Positions 1-9,362 of a stretch of 64,000 nucleotides of DNA are shown here, piece after piece. The notes below the pieces were generated by a model that was not told where the DNA came from, made no database searches, and saw nothing but the letters and a program-made list of their open reading frames with translations. Numbering within the stretch: position 1 is the stretch's first letter; each line of letters starts with the position of its first letter. Position numbers and translations under genes: made by a program. Origin of the DNA: Bacillota bacterium (GTDB lineage Bacteria > Bacillota > Clostridia > Oscillospirales > Ruminococcaceae); the NCBI GenBank assembly GCA_023460535.1, contig JAEWPV010000006.1, positions 37,824-101,823 of the forward strand, given 5' to 3'.

Positions 1-89
1 ACGGCGTTTATAATGTGCGGTTGCTGATCTGAGCACAGACGATTTCCTTTGTCAAGAGGTAATTTTACATTTGTCCTTAAACATTAAGT

Positions 90-135
90 AGAAAAATGAG
101 TCTTTTAAGTATAAAGGCTCATTTTTCTTTTTTTT
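90..135 (+). terminator. Intrinsic terminator-like hairpin upstream of the metallophosphoesterase gene
   Basis: AGAAAAATGAGTCTTT (90-105) pairs with AAAGGCTCATTTTTCT (113-128), followed by a T run. Confidence 0.55.
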
Positions 136-192
136 CTGTTACTCTCAGGGCGGAACTTTAAAAATATTAAGGAGTGATTGGAGGAAATGAAT

Positions 193-2169
193 ATGAGAAA
201 AAGAATACTCTCCTTCCTGCTGGCATCCTGCATGGTGCTTACTTCGGCGCTGTTCGTTACCGGATGCTCGACCAAGACCGGTTCATCGGCTTTGTGGGAG
301 GCAGGCAACACACGGAATAAGATCGTAATCGTGAGCGATATCCACCTTGGTATTGATGACCGCTATACAGAAACCCTCAACAACCGTCCGCTTTTAATCG
401 AGTTTTTGCGCCGGTTGCAAAGTACCACAGATGTGCGGGAGCTGGTAATCAACGGTGATTTTCTGGACGATTGGTTTTTGCCAGTCTATTATCCCGCCTA
501 CACGGATGTAGCGCAGTTTTACAAAGACGTCATTGCTACCAATCAGGCCGTTTTTGACGAGCTGAACAGCATCATCGAAAGTGGGATAAAGGTGGTTTAC
601 ATACCTGGCAACCATGACATGACGCTGAAAGCGGACATCTTGCAGCAGGCGGTGCCAGACATCGTCCAGGCCTGGGATGCGAAAGGTCTCGGCACGTATT
701 ACACGGGCGACAGAAACGAAATCGTGATTGAACACGGCCACCGCTATGACGTCTTTTCTGCACCGGATACGGTTACCAATGCGGAACTGTGCGGCAACGA
801 TGATACCATCTTCCCAGCCGGTTATTTCTACGCCCGCTATGCTGCAACATGGGTGCTCGAAGGCCGCCCGAAGGTTGAAAAGGGTTTACCGGTCGTAACG
901 AATGTACCGGATAAATCCGATTTAGACCAATACGGCGCGTATCTGTATTACGCTGTCCTCAAAAGCGTATCCGAACGGATGACGCCCAACGAAGGCCTGG
1001 AGGATAAAATATTCGATATGCGCATCGCCGGCTTTGACGACGCGTACACCTATTTGGATTTCTATCCCGCACAACAGGCAGACGGAACGATATCCGCGCC
1101 GGTGCTGTTTCAAAACATTCAGCGCACATGGTCAGAGCGCCAAACGATCAACAAGGTCAAGGTTCCAAACAGCTTCATCGAGGCGGTTTCGGGAACTGTG
1201 GACTGGGAGTATTTTCTCAGGCAGGCAAGGACGCAGTATTTGGATAACCCCAACGAAAACGTGGATGTAGTCGTATTCGGCCATACCCATGTGCCCGCCT
1301 ATCGGGATATGGGCAACGGAAAATACTACATCAATGAGGGAACGTGGATAGACCATAACACCAACTATCCGGATGCCGACCGTACGTTTGCTGTCATCAC
1401 CACTGGCGAAAAGACCACACCCGCGCTGTACAGCTTTATGGAAGACGGCTCCGTGACCGATATTTCCGCAAGCGTTAGCGGAGAAAAGGGCGAAGCCGCT
1501 CCTGGGGCAAATCCCCTGGACAATGTAAAGTTTGATTATAAAATCCTCGAAAACTACGGTGATACCAACATACAGGCACGCTATGTGGAGGTAAGCGGCT
1601 TAGCAGATGATGGGGTACAGGCAAAATTGAATGAAGGTTTAAAAGCCTTCTGTCTCGCGCCGACTTCTTCTGCCGAAAAAGATACCACTTACGATATTAT
1701 GCCTGTTTTTGAGGTGGTAGGCGGGGATTTGCTGAGCATCAGAACATACAATACCGCCCATACCGCAGGAGCGGCTTATCCTGTCCACTCCATACAGACA
1801 CAACTCTTCAGCCTGACCATGGGCGATCAGGATGCGGGAAATCTATGGGATTTCATAAAGGATAAGGATGCGTTTAAGCAAATGATTCTTGACGGAAAAT
1901 TCGGATTTGCGCCTGCGGGCGTTGACGGTGAGTTGTCCGAAGAACTCAAAGCGGCGGCGTATCAAAAGCTCGCCGAGCGCATGGATACAGCCGAATTTGC
2001 GACGCAGTTTTACTTTGGCGACGGCGGCAGGCTGAATCTATGGTGCGACGGTGACAACCACGCAACCGGGGATTATTGGGAATTTGATATTTCTGTCACG
2101 GACTTGGCAAGTGTTGCAACAGACCGTTTGCTCCCCATGATTGAAACCCTAAAGAATCTTGGCAATTAA
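193..2169 (+). CDS. Lipoprotein calcineurin-like metallophosphoesterase with a C-terminal DUF4163/PdaC-like domain
   Basis: Signal peptide with lipobox VTGC; MPP motifs SDIHLG, NGDFLDD, GNHD, HGH, GHTH; C-terminal 'HTAGAAYP' motif; RBS GGAGG 8 nt before ATG 193. Confidence 0.8.
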   Translation: MRKRILSFLLASCMVLTSALFVTGCSTKTGSSALWEAGNTRNKIVIVSDIHLGIDDRYTETLNNRPLLIEFLRRLQSTTDVRELVINGDFLDDWFLPVYYPAYTDVAQFYKDVIATNQAVFDELNSIIESGIKVVYIPGNHDMTLKADILQQAVPDIVQAWDAKGLGTYYTGDRNEIVIEHGHRYDVFSAPDTVTNAELCGNDDTIFPAGYFYARYAATWVLEGRPKVEKGLPVVTNVPDKSDLDQYGAYLYYAVLKSVSERMTPNEGLEDKIFDMRIAGFDDAYTYLDFYPAQQADGTISAPVLFQNIQRTWSERQTINKVKVPNSFIEAVSGTVDWEYFLRQARTQYLDNPNENVDVVVFGHTHVPAYRDMGNGKYYINEGTWIDHNTNYPDADRTFAVITTGEKTTPALYSFMEDGSVTDISASVSGEKGEAAPGANPLDNVKFDYKILENYGDTNIQARYVEVSGLADDGVQAKLNEGLKAFCLAPTSSAEKDTTYDIMPVFEVVGGDLLSIRTYNTAHTAGAAYPVHSIQTQLFSLTMGDQDAGNLWDFIKDKDAFKQMILDGKFGFAPAGVDGELSEELKAAAYQKLAERMDTAEFATQFYFGDGGRLNLWCDGDNHATGDYWEFDISVTDLASVATDRLLPMIETLKNLGN

Positions 2170-2254
2170 AAGCGAGTATTCGGACTGGAACATAAGCGGC
2201 ATCCCGAATCATTCGGGATGCCGACGGTATCCTCGCCGGAAGGAGCGTGATGGA

Positions 2255-2470
2255 ATGGAAAGGCGCAGGCGTGAGGATGCACCGCTTTCCGCCCCCAATA
2301 CGGAGGGCAACGTATGGCCCAAACAGTTTTGTCCGGCTTTTGATCCGAGGGCCAATACGCCGGAGGGGCTGCGGCAATGCTGGTATTGCCAATGTGCCGA
2401 TTTTCATCTGAACAAGCCGCGTTCACTGGAGGTGGGCGTGTGCTACTGGCCGAAAAAAATAATGAAATAG
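2255..2470 (+). CDS. Small Cys-rich hypothetical protein (71 aa), possibly metal-binding
   Basis: AGGAG RBS at 2241-2245, ATG 2255; motif FCPAFDP...QCWYCQCADFH...GVCYWP. Confidence 0.55.
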   Translation: MERRRREDAPLSAPNTEGNVWPKQFCPAFDPRANTPEGLRQCWYCQCADFHLNKPRSLEVGVCYWPKKIMK

Positions 2471-2559
2471 AAGCAGCAAAGCAAAAAGGCGGTATCTATG
2501 CACCATCTTTTCGCGTAGGCGGCACGGCCCTTATCAAAGATAACAGGGCGACCGATTCC

Positions 2560-2820
2560 TCCGCTGCATGCAACGTGGTGCTGACTTGGCAACCGATTAC
2601 AGACATCAATGGTCATTGGGCAAGGCATGATATTCTCTTTGTCTCAAACCGTGACTTCATGACCGGCACCAGCTCCACCACGTTCAGCCCTAACGGTTCT
2701 ATGACACGGGGTATGTTTGTAACAAAGCTCGGACGTTTGGCAGACGCCGACGTGAGCGGCTATACAAAGATCAGCTTTACCACTGTGAAAGCCAATGCCT
2801 ATTATATGGGATATGGGTGA
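2560..2820 (+). pseudogene. Truncated S-layer homology (SLH) domain fragment
   Basis: TDINGHWARHDILFVSNRDFMTGTSSTTFSPNGSMTRGMFVTKLGRL is one SLH repeat; a second repeat is cut by a stop at 2820; no credible start or signal peptide. Confidence 0.65.
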
Positions 2821-2887
2821 GCTTGCAGTGGACATTAAAGAAGCTAATGAAGCTATTTAAGGGATGTTAAGACGCTTTTGCGCGCAT

Positions 2888-3070
2888 CTATTTGGCTAAA
2901 TATAGAGAATGCCAGACACAATTAAGTGACTGGCATTTTCTATGTTTAGCTACAAACCAGTTACTCCACATCAATTTTCCTAAATTATTAAACTCTACTA
3001 TCCCATCAATTTCAATGTTAGGGTACAATAACCCATCAATCTCTGTGTAGTCGAATTCAAACTTTACCAT
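2888..3070 (-). pseudogene. TnpV-like (transposon-encoded protein) N-terminal remnant
   Basis: MVKFEFDYTEIDGLLYPNI...LGK resembles the TnpV N-terminus (YTxxDGxxYPxL...GKYG), then diverges; GGAGG RBS; AT-rich. Confidence 0.5.
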
Positions 3071-3223
3071 AAAGCAAATCCTCCAATAAAGATTATTTAC
3101 AATTCATCGGTAATCGTTCGGCTGTGTGCTAAACAATTGCGATTTTTATAAACATCCTTATTTGAGGATTGCTAATTCATACGAGGGTGTCGCTGCAATC
3201 GACTGAGCGGTGGGGCCAAATTG

Positions 3224-3547
3224 TTATTTGCTTAGCATGTCCATAATAAATTCCTTGCTTCTTGCGCCCACGGCGGTGGTGGAAACCTTGCCGTTCTTCA
3301 TCACAATAAGCGTAGGAATACTCATTACACCAAACTGCTGTGCAAGCTCGGGTTGGTCGTCTACATTGACCTTACCCACCTTGGCGTTTGCGCCAACCTC
3401 GGCGCTTATTTCGTCCACAATTGGCGACACCATGCGGCAGGGACCGCACCAAGGCGCCCAAAAGTCAATCAAAACAGGACCCTGTGCCTCGAGAACCTCT
3501 TTTTGAAAGTTATCCTTTGTAATCGTTAAAGTAGACATCGTTTGCAT
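3224..3547 (-). CDS. trxA: Thioredoxin
   Basis: WCGPC active site, 'DFWAPW' and 'SIPTL' motifs, 107 aa, RBS AAGGAG. Confidence 0.97.
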   Translation of the reverse strand: MQTMSTLTITKDNFQKEVLEAQGPVLIDFWAPWCGPCRMVSPIVDEISAEVGANAKVGKVNVDDQPELAQQFGVMSIPTLIVMKNGKVSTTAVGARSKEFIMDMLSK

Positions 3548-3604
3548 TCTCCTTTTGCTTCACTTTATGTTACGCTTAGTATATACAATCCTGTCCCGAT
3601 TATC

Positions 3605-3619
3605 GGTGACTTTATCACA
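3605..3619. promoter_or_regulatory. Palindromic GTGA-N5-TCAC site upstream of trxA (possible Crp/Fnr-family box)
   Basis: GGTGACTTTATCACA about 60 bp upstream of the trxA start. Confidence 0.3.
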
Positions 3620-3879
3620 GGGCAGGGGACGGATTTAAAACATACTGAGGATTAGTACACGTGAAATATATACTATTTTACTCCACACAGAAAAAAGTGT
3701 CAAGAACCATCCCTGTGGATTGACTTTGCCTCAAAAATATGACATAGTTTTATTGTAATCTGGTTTTATTTCACTATCTTTTACATGACAAAACGATAAT
3801 ACCGTTGCGCAGCCTAACCTGCAAGATGGTTTACCTGCTATGTCTCTGCGACAGGAGCGGGCGAAAGGAAGATGCATCG

Positions 3880-4701
3880 ATGTTTGAACAGATCAGTCAT
3901 TTTCATCCGGTCGCACTGGCGGCCATAGGTACGGGCTTTACGTTTTTTGCAACGGCGCTTGGCGCCGCCGTGGTGTTCTTTTTTAAAGGTAGCATGGGCA
4001 CTCAGGTGCAAAAGGTGTTTCTCGGGTTTGCCGCAGGGGTTATGATTGCCGCTTCGGTGTGGTCGCTGCTTATCCCAGCAATCGAGATGGCGGAGCAACA
4101 GGGGCATATCGGCTGGATACCGGCCGCGGGTGGATTTGTATTGGGCGCATTGTTTCTGCTGGGGCTCGATCGCCTGCTGCCGCATCTGCATCCCGAAAGC
4201 AATACCACCGAGGGTGTTCGTTCCTCTCTCAGCCGCACCACACTTTTGGTGTTTGCCGTAACACTGCACAATATACCGGAGGGTATGGCGGTTGGCCTAG
4301 CCTTTTCGCTTGCCGCACAGCAGGCGGGGGCAGGGGAGGGCACCGCCGCGCTTGCATCGGCTATGGCGCTTGCCCTTGGCATGGCGCTGCAGAACTTCCC
4401 GGAGGGTGCCGCAATCTCGCTGCCGCTCAAGCGCGAAGGTCTTTCGCGGTTCCGCGCATTTGCTTACGGCTCGCTTTCGGGTATAGTGGAGCCGATCTTT
4501 GGCGTTCTTACCGTTATCATTGCAGGGGCGATTACCCCGCTGTTGCCATGGCTGCTGTCGTTTGCGGCGGGTGCGATGATCTACGTGGTGGTAGAAGAGC
4601 TGATACCGGAATCGCATTTGGGCGAGCACGGTAATGCAGGAACCATGGGTGTGCTGCTGGGCTTTTTAATTATGATGATTCTTGATGTGGCACTGGGTTA
4701 A
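3880..4701 (+). CDS. ZIP (ZupT/GufA) family metal transporter
   Basis: LHNIPEG and LQNFPEG metal-site motifs, GFAAGVM, multiple TM helices; ATG 3880 after AAAGGA. Confidence 0.93.
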   Translation: MFEQISHFHPVALAAIGTGFTFFATALGAAVVFFFKGSMGTQVQKVFLGFAAGVMIAASVWSLLIPAIEMAEQQGHIGWIPAAGGFVLGALFLLGLDRLLPHLHPESNTTEGVRSSLSRTTLLVFAVTLHNIPEGMAVGLAFSLAAQQAGAGEGTAALASAMALALGMALQNFPEGAAISLPLKREGLSRFRAFAYGSLSGIVEPIFGVLTVIIAGAITPLLPWLLSFAAGAMIYVVVEELIPESHLGEHGNAGTMGVLLGFLIMMILDVALG

Positions 4702-4718
4702 CATGCGCAGATTATTCG

Positions 4719-4746
4719 GTGCGCCGCCTCAGAGCGGCGCATTTTT
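4719..4746 (+). terminator. Terminator between converging ZIP and FUSC genes
   Basis: GTGCGCCGC/GCGGCGCAT stem followed by TTTTT. Confidence 0.65.
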
Positions 4747-4755
4747 ATGCCGCCA

Positions 4756-5889
4756 CTATACATACTCTATGCGGGTACACTGTGCTTGCCGCTGCAAAAC
4801 CGCAGCCGAAGCATCGATGGATACGTCTGCGCGTCGAATCTCAAGCAGCTCATAGCCTTCATGCAGCGCAAACGGACGCTTGGAAAAGCTTAGCCGGCTG
4901 CCGGGCTTTATTGCCTGTGCCGCAGCCATTGCAGCGGCAAGCGCATCGGGTTTACCCAGCGCGCATAGGCATACCGCTTGGGGGAACTGGTCGGCTGGCA
5001 TGCGCAGCAAATTGATGCAGGGGCGGAGCAGTGCCGCATCCAGCAGCTTTTTATGTGCAGCGCTGTTGGATGGGGTATAGCTAAGGTGAAGAATATCGTC
5101 GGCTAAGGTATAAAGAAGACGGTCGACCCCCGGTTTTGCAAGGGCATCGTACAATGCCCTTGTGTCCTCCTCGAGCAGGTACGCTAGGCTGCTCCAACGG
5201 TTTTCATCAGGGTGATACAGCGCGGCACCGCCCATGGCAATTACGGGAAGCCTAAGCTTAAGCTCGTCGAACGCCTTGGGGAAAAACGGAGGCATGTGCA
5301 GGCTGTAAACAGAAACCGAACGCCGCAGGTCGGACAACCGGTTAATAGCAACCTTCTTATGGTCGCTCATCTCGCCATCTAGGTCGTACAGATACAAGGT
5401 ATCCCTGCGCTTACGAATGGGTATCTGCACCGCATTCACGCCCAGAGATACAAAGATGCCGATGAGTGTATCGATAATTCGGTTAAGCGCAAACAGGGTT
5501 GCAATCCCATCTGCGCCGTGGGTTACTGTGGTGCTTAAAAAAACAACACAGGTAATCGCTGCCGCCGAAGGCATTTTGATTAGTAGCGTTAAGTAGATGA
5601 GAACGATAATACACGCCGAGATAACCAGGTACTTCAGCATCTGGTGCGCGTCCGGATAAAGCGAGCGCTCCGCGATCAGCAGTAGCATACCCGCAACACC
5701 GCCGAACAAGGTGGCGACGGTACGGTAAAGCGACAGCTTCAAACTGTCGGACACAGACGGCTGCATGCAGATAATAGCGGCAATTGCCGAGTAAAAGGGT
5801 GTGCCGGCCTCGCCGCGCACGGGCGCGATTAAAAAGCACAGGAACACGGCGATAGCGGTTTTAACTATTCTCATGCCGATTTTTGGCAT
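4756..5889 (-). CDS. FUSC/aromatic-acid-exporter family membrane domain fused to a Cof/HAD-like domain
   Basis: N-terminal 'IGMRIVKTAIAV...FYSAIAAIICMQPS' and 'RIIDTLIG'; C-terminal 'LYDLDG', 'PVIAMGGAALY', 'LLEI'. Confidence 0.8.
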   Translation of the reverse strand: MPKIGMRIVKTAIAVFLCFLIAPVRGEAGTPFYSAIAAIICMQPSVSDSLKLSLYRTVATLFGGVAGMLLLIAERSLYPDAHQMLKYLVISACIIVLIYLTLLIKMPSAAAITCVVFLSTTVTHGADGIATLFALNRIIDTLIGIFVSLGVNAVQIPIRKRRDTLYLYDLDGEMSDHKKVAINRLSDLRRSVSVYSLHMPPFFPKAFDELKLRLPVIAMGGAALYHPDENRWSSLAYLLEEDTRALYDALAKPGVDRLLYTLADDILHLSYTPSNSAAHKKLLDAALLRPCINLLRMPADQFPQAVCLCALGKPDALAAAMAAAQAIKPGSRLSFSKRPFALHEGYELLEIRRADVSIDASAAVLQRQAQCTRIEYV

Positions 5890-5990
5890 CCCAAAACACG
5901 CCTTTCTTTGTTGTGGATGTCATCAGTGATGTATAAGTTAATTGTAACATGCAACAGTAAAAACACAACCTGTTTTTACAAAATATACTT

Positions 5991-6051
5991 ACACAACATA
6001 TTGTGTAGGCGCCAAAATTCTATTGACTTTTCTACCAATATGCAGTATTAT
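5991..6051 (+). promoter_or_regulatory. nrdDG promoter with two NrdR boxes
   Basis: ACACAACATATTGTGT (5991-6006) and TACCAATATGCAGTAT (6033-6048) match acaCwAtATaTwGtgt; TTGACT (6023)-17 bp-TATTAT (6046). Confidence 0.85.
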
Positions 6052-6203
6052 CATTATACGCCACACCCCAATGAAATAAGCGGATAGTGCCGCCGTGGTA
6101 CGAACCCCCGAGTTAGTGGGTGCGTGTAGTACACCAAAAAAGTGTAGTATACCCCGGGCGGGGGGCTACACTTTATCTTTAGGGAAAGAAGTGACGAGCA
6201 AAG

Positions 6204-8540
6204 ATGACAACAACAATCTCCACCATAAAAAAGAGAAACGGGGAACTGGTGCCGTTTGACAGCGAAAAGATTCGCATAGCCATAAAAAAGGCAAATGCGA
6301 GTGTAGAAGGCGAGGGGATGAGCGACGCCCAGCTGGACGAGCTTACCGCGAAGGTTATTAAGCTTGCCGCCGCGCAAACCCAAACCCCTTCCGTAGAACA
6401 GGTTCAGGATATTGTTGAAGAGACACTAATTGCGTTTGGCTATGCCAAGACGGCAAAGGCATATATCCTATACAGGGCGGAGCATGCCAAGATTCGTCAA
6501 AGCGAAGGCGACCTGATGGATATTTATAAGGAGCTTACCTTTGCCTACTCCAAGGACGTAGACTTAAAGCGGGAAAACGCAAACATCGATGCCGACACCG
6601 CAATGGGAACCATGCTTAAATATGGTTCGGAGGGCGCAAAGTATTTTATCGATAACTATATCTTGCCCAAGGAGATTGCCGCTGCGCATATTAACGGGGA
6701 TATTCATATCCACGACAAAGACTTTTATATGCTTACCGAGACCTGCTGCCAGATTGACCTGATTAAGCTGTTCTCCGGCGGCTTTTCCACCGGTCACGGC
6801 AATCTGCGCGAGCCCAACGATATCCAGAGCTATTCCGCGCTTGCGTGTATCGCCATACAGGCAAACCAAAACGAGATGCATGGCGGGCAGAGCGTACCAA
6901 ACTTTGATTACGCGATGGCGCTGGGCGTTACCAAGACGTTTGCGCGATATTACTATAAGGCGATGGCGCAGTATCTGCGCGTTCGCTTCCTGCTTTCTGC
7001 CGAAGAGGCGGACGCAGCGGTAGCAAAAGCAAAAAAAGAGGTTTCGGTTCCTCTTAAAATGGCAAACTCCGAAGCGTATAAGGAGCAGCTTACCCCCTGC
7101 CTTGTTGCCTCCGGTCTATTACCTGACGCAGATGAAAATATTGTCGGCGCACTGCACGCCTATGCCTATGATACGGCCATTGTCGATACCAAGCGTGCCA
7201 CCCATCAGGCGATGGAGGCGTTTGTGCACAACCTCAACACCATGAATTCCCGCGCGGGCGCTCAGGTTCCGTTTAGCTCGGTAAACTATGGAACAGACAC
7301 CTCCCCCGAGGGGCGGATTGTAATAGAAAACCTGCTGCTCGCCACCGAAGAAGGGCTTGGCGGCGGAGAAACCCCCATCTTCCCCGTGCAGATATTCAAG
7401 GTGAAGGAGGGCGTCAACTACAACGAGGGCGACCCCAACTACGACCTGTTTAAGCTTGCGATGCGTTGCTCCGCAAAGCGCCTGTTCCCGAACTTCAGCT
7501 TTTTGGATGCCCCGTTTAACCTCGCATACTACAAAGAGGGCGACTACAACAGCGAGGTTGCGTATATGGGCTGCCGTACCCGCGTGCTCGGCAACAGCCA
7601 CGACAAAACCAGAGAGGTTACCTGCGGGCGTGGAAACCTCAGCTTTACCTCAATTAACCTGCCCCGCATCGGCATCGAGGCAAAGGGCGACATCGGGCGC
7701 TTTTACGAGATATTAGACAAGCGCATTGATCTGGTGGTTTCTCAGCTGCTGCACCGCTTTCAAATCCAGTGCTCTAAAAAGGGACGCAACTACCCGTTCT
7801 TGATGGGTCAGGGCGTGTGGATTGACTCCGAAACGCTGGGCCCGGACGACAGCGTTGCCGAGGTGTTAAAGCACGGCACACTCAGCATCGGCTTTATCGG
7901 GCTTGCCGAAACGCTTAAGGCACTTACCGGCAAACACCATGCCGAAAGCGAGGAGAGCCAGCGCATCGGTCTTGAGATTATAAACCACATGAGAAAGCGT
8001 GTGGATGACGAATCGGCAAAAACGGGGTTGAACTTCACCCTGCTGGCCACCCCCGCCGAGGGACTGAGCGGGCGTTTTGTGCGCATAGACCGCAAGCAGT
8101 ACGGCGAACTGCCCGGTGTTACCGACCGCGACTACTACACAAACTCCTTCCATGTGCCGGTGTACTATCCCATCAAGGCGTACCAAAAGATAGCCATAGA
8201 GGCGCCCTACCATGCGCCCACCAACGCAGGTCACATCAGCTACATCGAGATGGACGGCGACACCTCGAAAAACCTAGAGGCATTCGAATCGGTGATTCGC
8301 GCGATGAAGGATGCAGGAATTGGCTACGGCTCGGTGAACCACCCGGTAGACCGCGACCCCATCTGCGGCTACAACGGCATTATCGACAACGAGTGCCCCC
8401 ATTGCGGTCGTATCGAAAATGACGGAGGGCCTAAGTTCCAGCGCATTCGCCGCATAACCGGCTACCTTGTGGGTACCATAGACCGCTGGAACAACGCAAA
8501 GTGCTCCGAAGAGAGGGATCGATTAAAACATGGGATATAA
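6204..8540 (+). CDS. nrdD: Anaerobic (class III) ribonucleoside-triphosphate reductase
   Basis: N-terminal ATP cone (IKKRNG), TETCCQ, YMGCRTR, CxxC...CxxC Zn site, glycyl-radical motif RRITGYL. Confidence 0.97.
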   Translation: MTTTISTIKKRNGELVPFDSEKIRIAIKKANASVEGEGMSDAQLDELTAKVIKLAAAQTQTPSVEQVQDIVEETLIAFGYAKTAKAYILYRAEHAKIRQSEGDLMDIYKELTFAYSKDVDLKRENANIDADTAMGTMLKYGSEGAKYFIDNYILPKEIAAAHINGDIHIHDKDFYMLTETCCQIDLIKLFSGGFSTGHGNLREPNDIQSYSALACIAIQANQNEMHGGQSVPNFDYAMALGVTKTFARYYYKAMAQYLRVRFLLSAEEADAAVAKAKKEVSVPLKMANSEAYKEQLTPCLVASGLLPDADENIVGALHAYAYDTAIVDTKRATHQAMEAFVHNLNTMNSRAGAQVPFSSVNYGTDTSPEGRIVIENLLLATEEGLGGGETPIFPVQIFKVKEGVNYNEGDPNYDLFKLAMRCSAKRLFPNFSFLDAPFNLAYYKEGDYNSEVAYMGCRTRVLGNSHDKTREVTCGRGNLSFTSINLPRIGIEAKGDIGRFYEILDKRIDLVVSQLLHRFQIQCSKKGRNYPFLMGQGVWIDSETLGPDDSVAEVLKHGTLSIGFIGLAETLKALTGKHHAESEESQRIGLEIINHMRKRVDDESAKTGLNFTLLATPAEGLSGRFVRIDRKQYGELPGVTDRDYYTNSFHVPVYYPIKAYQKIAIEAPYHAPTNAGHISYIEMDGDTSKNLEAFESVIRAMKDAGIGYGSVNHPVDRDPICGYNGIIDNECPHCGRIENDGGPKFQRIRRITGYLVGTIDRWNNAKCSEERDRLKHGI

Positions 8541-9042
8541 GCTTACGGTGTCGGGTATTGTGGAGGAATCCGCGGTGGACGGTCCCGGATTGCGCTATAC
8601 GGTGTTTGTCCAAGGCTGCCCCCACGCCTGCCCCGGCTGCCACAACCCGCAAACCCATCCGTTTGAAGGCGGCAGGCAGGTGGATACCGATGACCTGCTG
8701 CGTGATATCCTACAAAACCCCTTGCTCACCGGGGTGACCTTCAGTGGGGGCGAGCCGTTTTGTCAGCCGCGATCCCTCGCAATGCTTGCTAAGGCGGTTC
8801 ATCAGCATTCAAGGCTTAATGTCATCACCTACTCCGGCTATACGTGGGAGGAGCTGACGAACAATCCCAACCAGCACGTACGCGGCCTGCTGGAGCAAAC
8901 CGATATCCTGATTGACGGGAGATATCTCGAGACACAGCGTGATTTGACACTGCGTTTTCGCGGCAGCACGAATCAAAGGGTACTGGATGCAAAAAAAAGT
9001 CTTGCTCAAGGCAAACCGGTTGCCGCAGACGGGAACTGGTAG
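8530..9042 (+). CDS. nrdG: Anaerobic RNR activating protein (radical SAM)
   Basis: DGPGLR, CPHACPGCHN, SGGEP, FRGSTNQR; overlaps the nrdD stop. Confidence 0.96.
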   Translation: MGYKLTVSGIVEESAVDGPGLRYTVFVQGCPHACPGCHNPQTHPFEGGRQVDTDDLLRDILQNPLLTGVTFSGGEPFCQPRSLAMLAKAVHQHSRLNVITYSGYTWEELTNNPNQHVRGLLEQTDILIDGRYLETQRDLTLRFRGSTNQRVLDAKKSLAQGKPVAADGNW

Positions 9043-9065
9043 GATAGTCATCACAGCAAGTCAGA

Positions 9066-9100
9066 AAAAGGGATGCAGACGGTAAATCTGCATCCCTTTT
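9066..9100. terminator. Bidirectional terminator between nrdG and the feo operon
   Basis: AAAAGGGATGCAGA/TCTGCATCCCTTTT. Confidence 0.85.
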
Positions 9101-9123
9101 ATGCGTTTTGCTTATTGGGTTTC

Positions 9124-9300
9124 TCAGTCGTTCGAAGGATTGTTTTTTGTGTCCTCCGACTTTTGTACAAAGCAGCCGCCCGAACAAGATTTTGCAGAGG
9201 GGCAGCCGGCGCACTTGCCCTGCTTTACATTTTTTATGATGTATACAGCGGCAAGAACAAAACAGGCGAGAACAAGACCGCCAATGATATAAGTAGCCAT
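9124..9300 (-). CDS. FeoB-associated Cys-rich membrane protein
   Basis: One TM helix followed by CAGC...CSGGC; directly downstream of feoB. Confidence 0.85.
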   Translation of the reverse strand: MATYIIGGLVLACFVLAAVYIIKNVKQGKCAGCPSAKSCSGGCFVQKSEDTKNNPSND

Positions 9301-9362
9301 AGCAATGGTCCTTTCTCCGCGCGAGGAACTAGGGGTACCAACAGCCACGCGGGACTGAATGC

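Noticed and set aside
2377..2560. 5' part of ORF 2377-2820 as a real gene start
   Set aside because: Overlaps the Cys-rich ORF and lacks an RBS or signal peptide; only the SLH part looks protein-like
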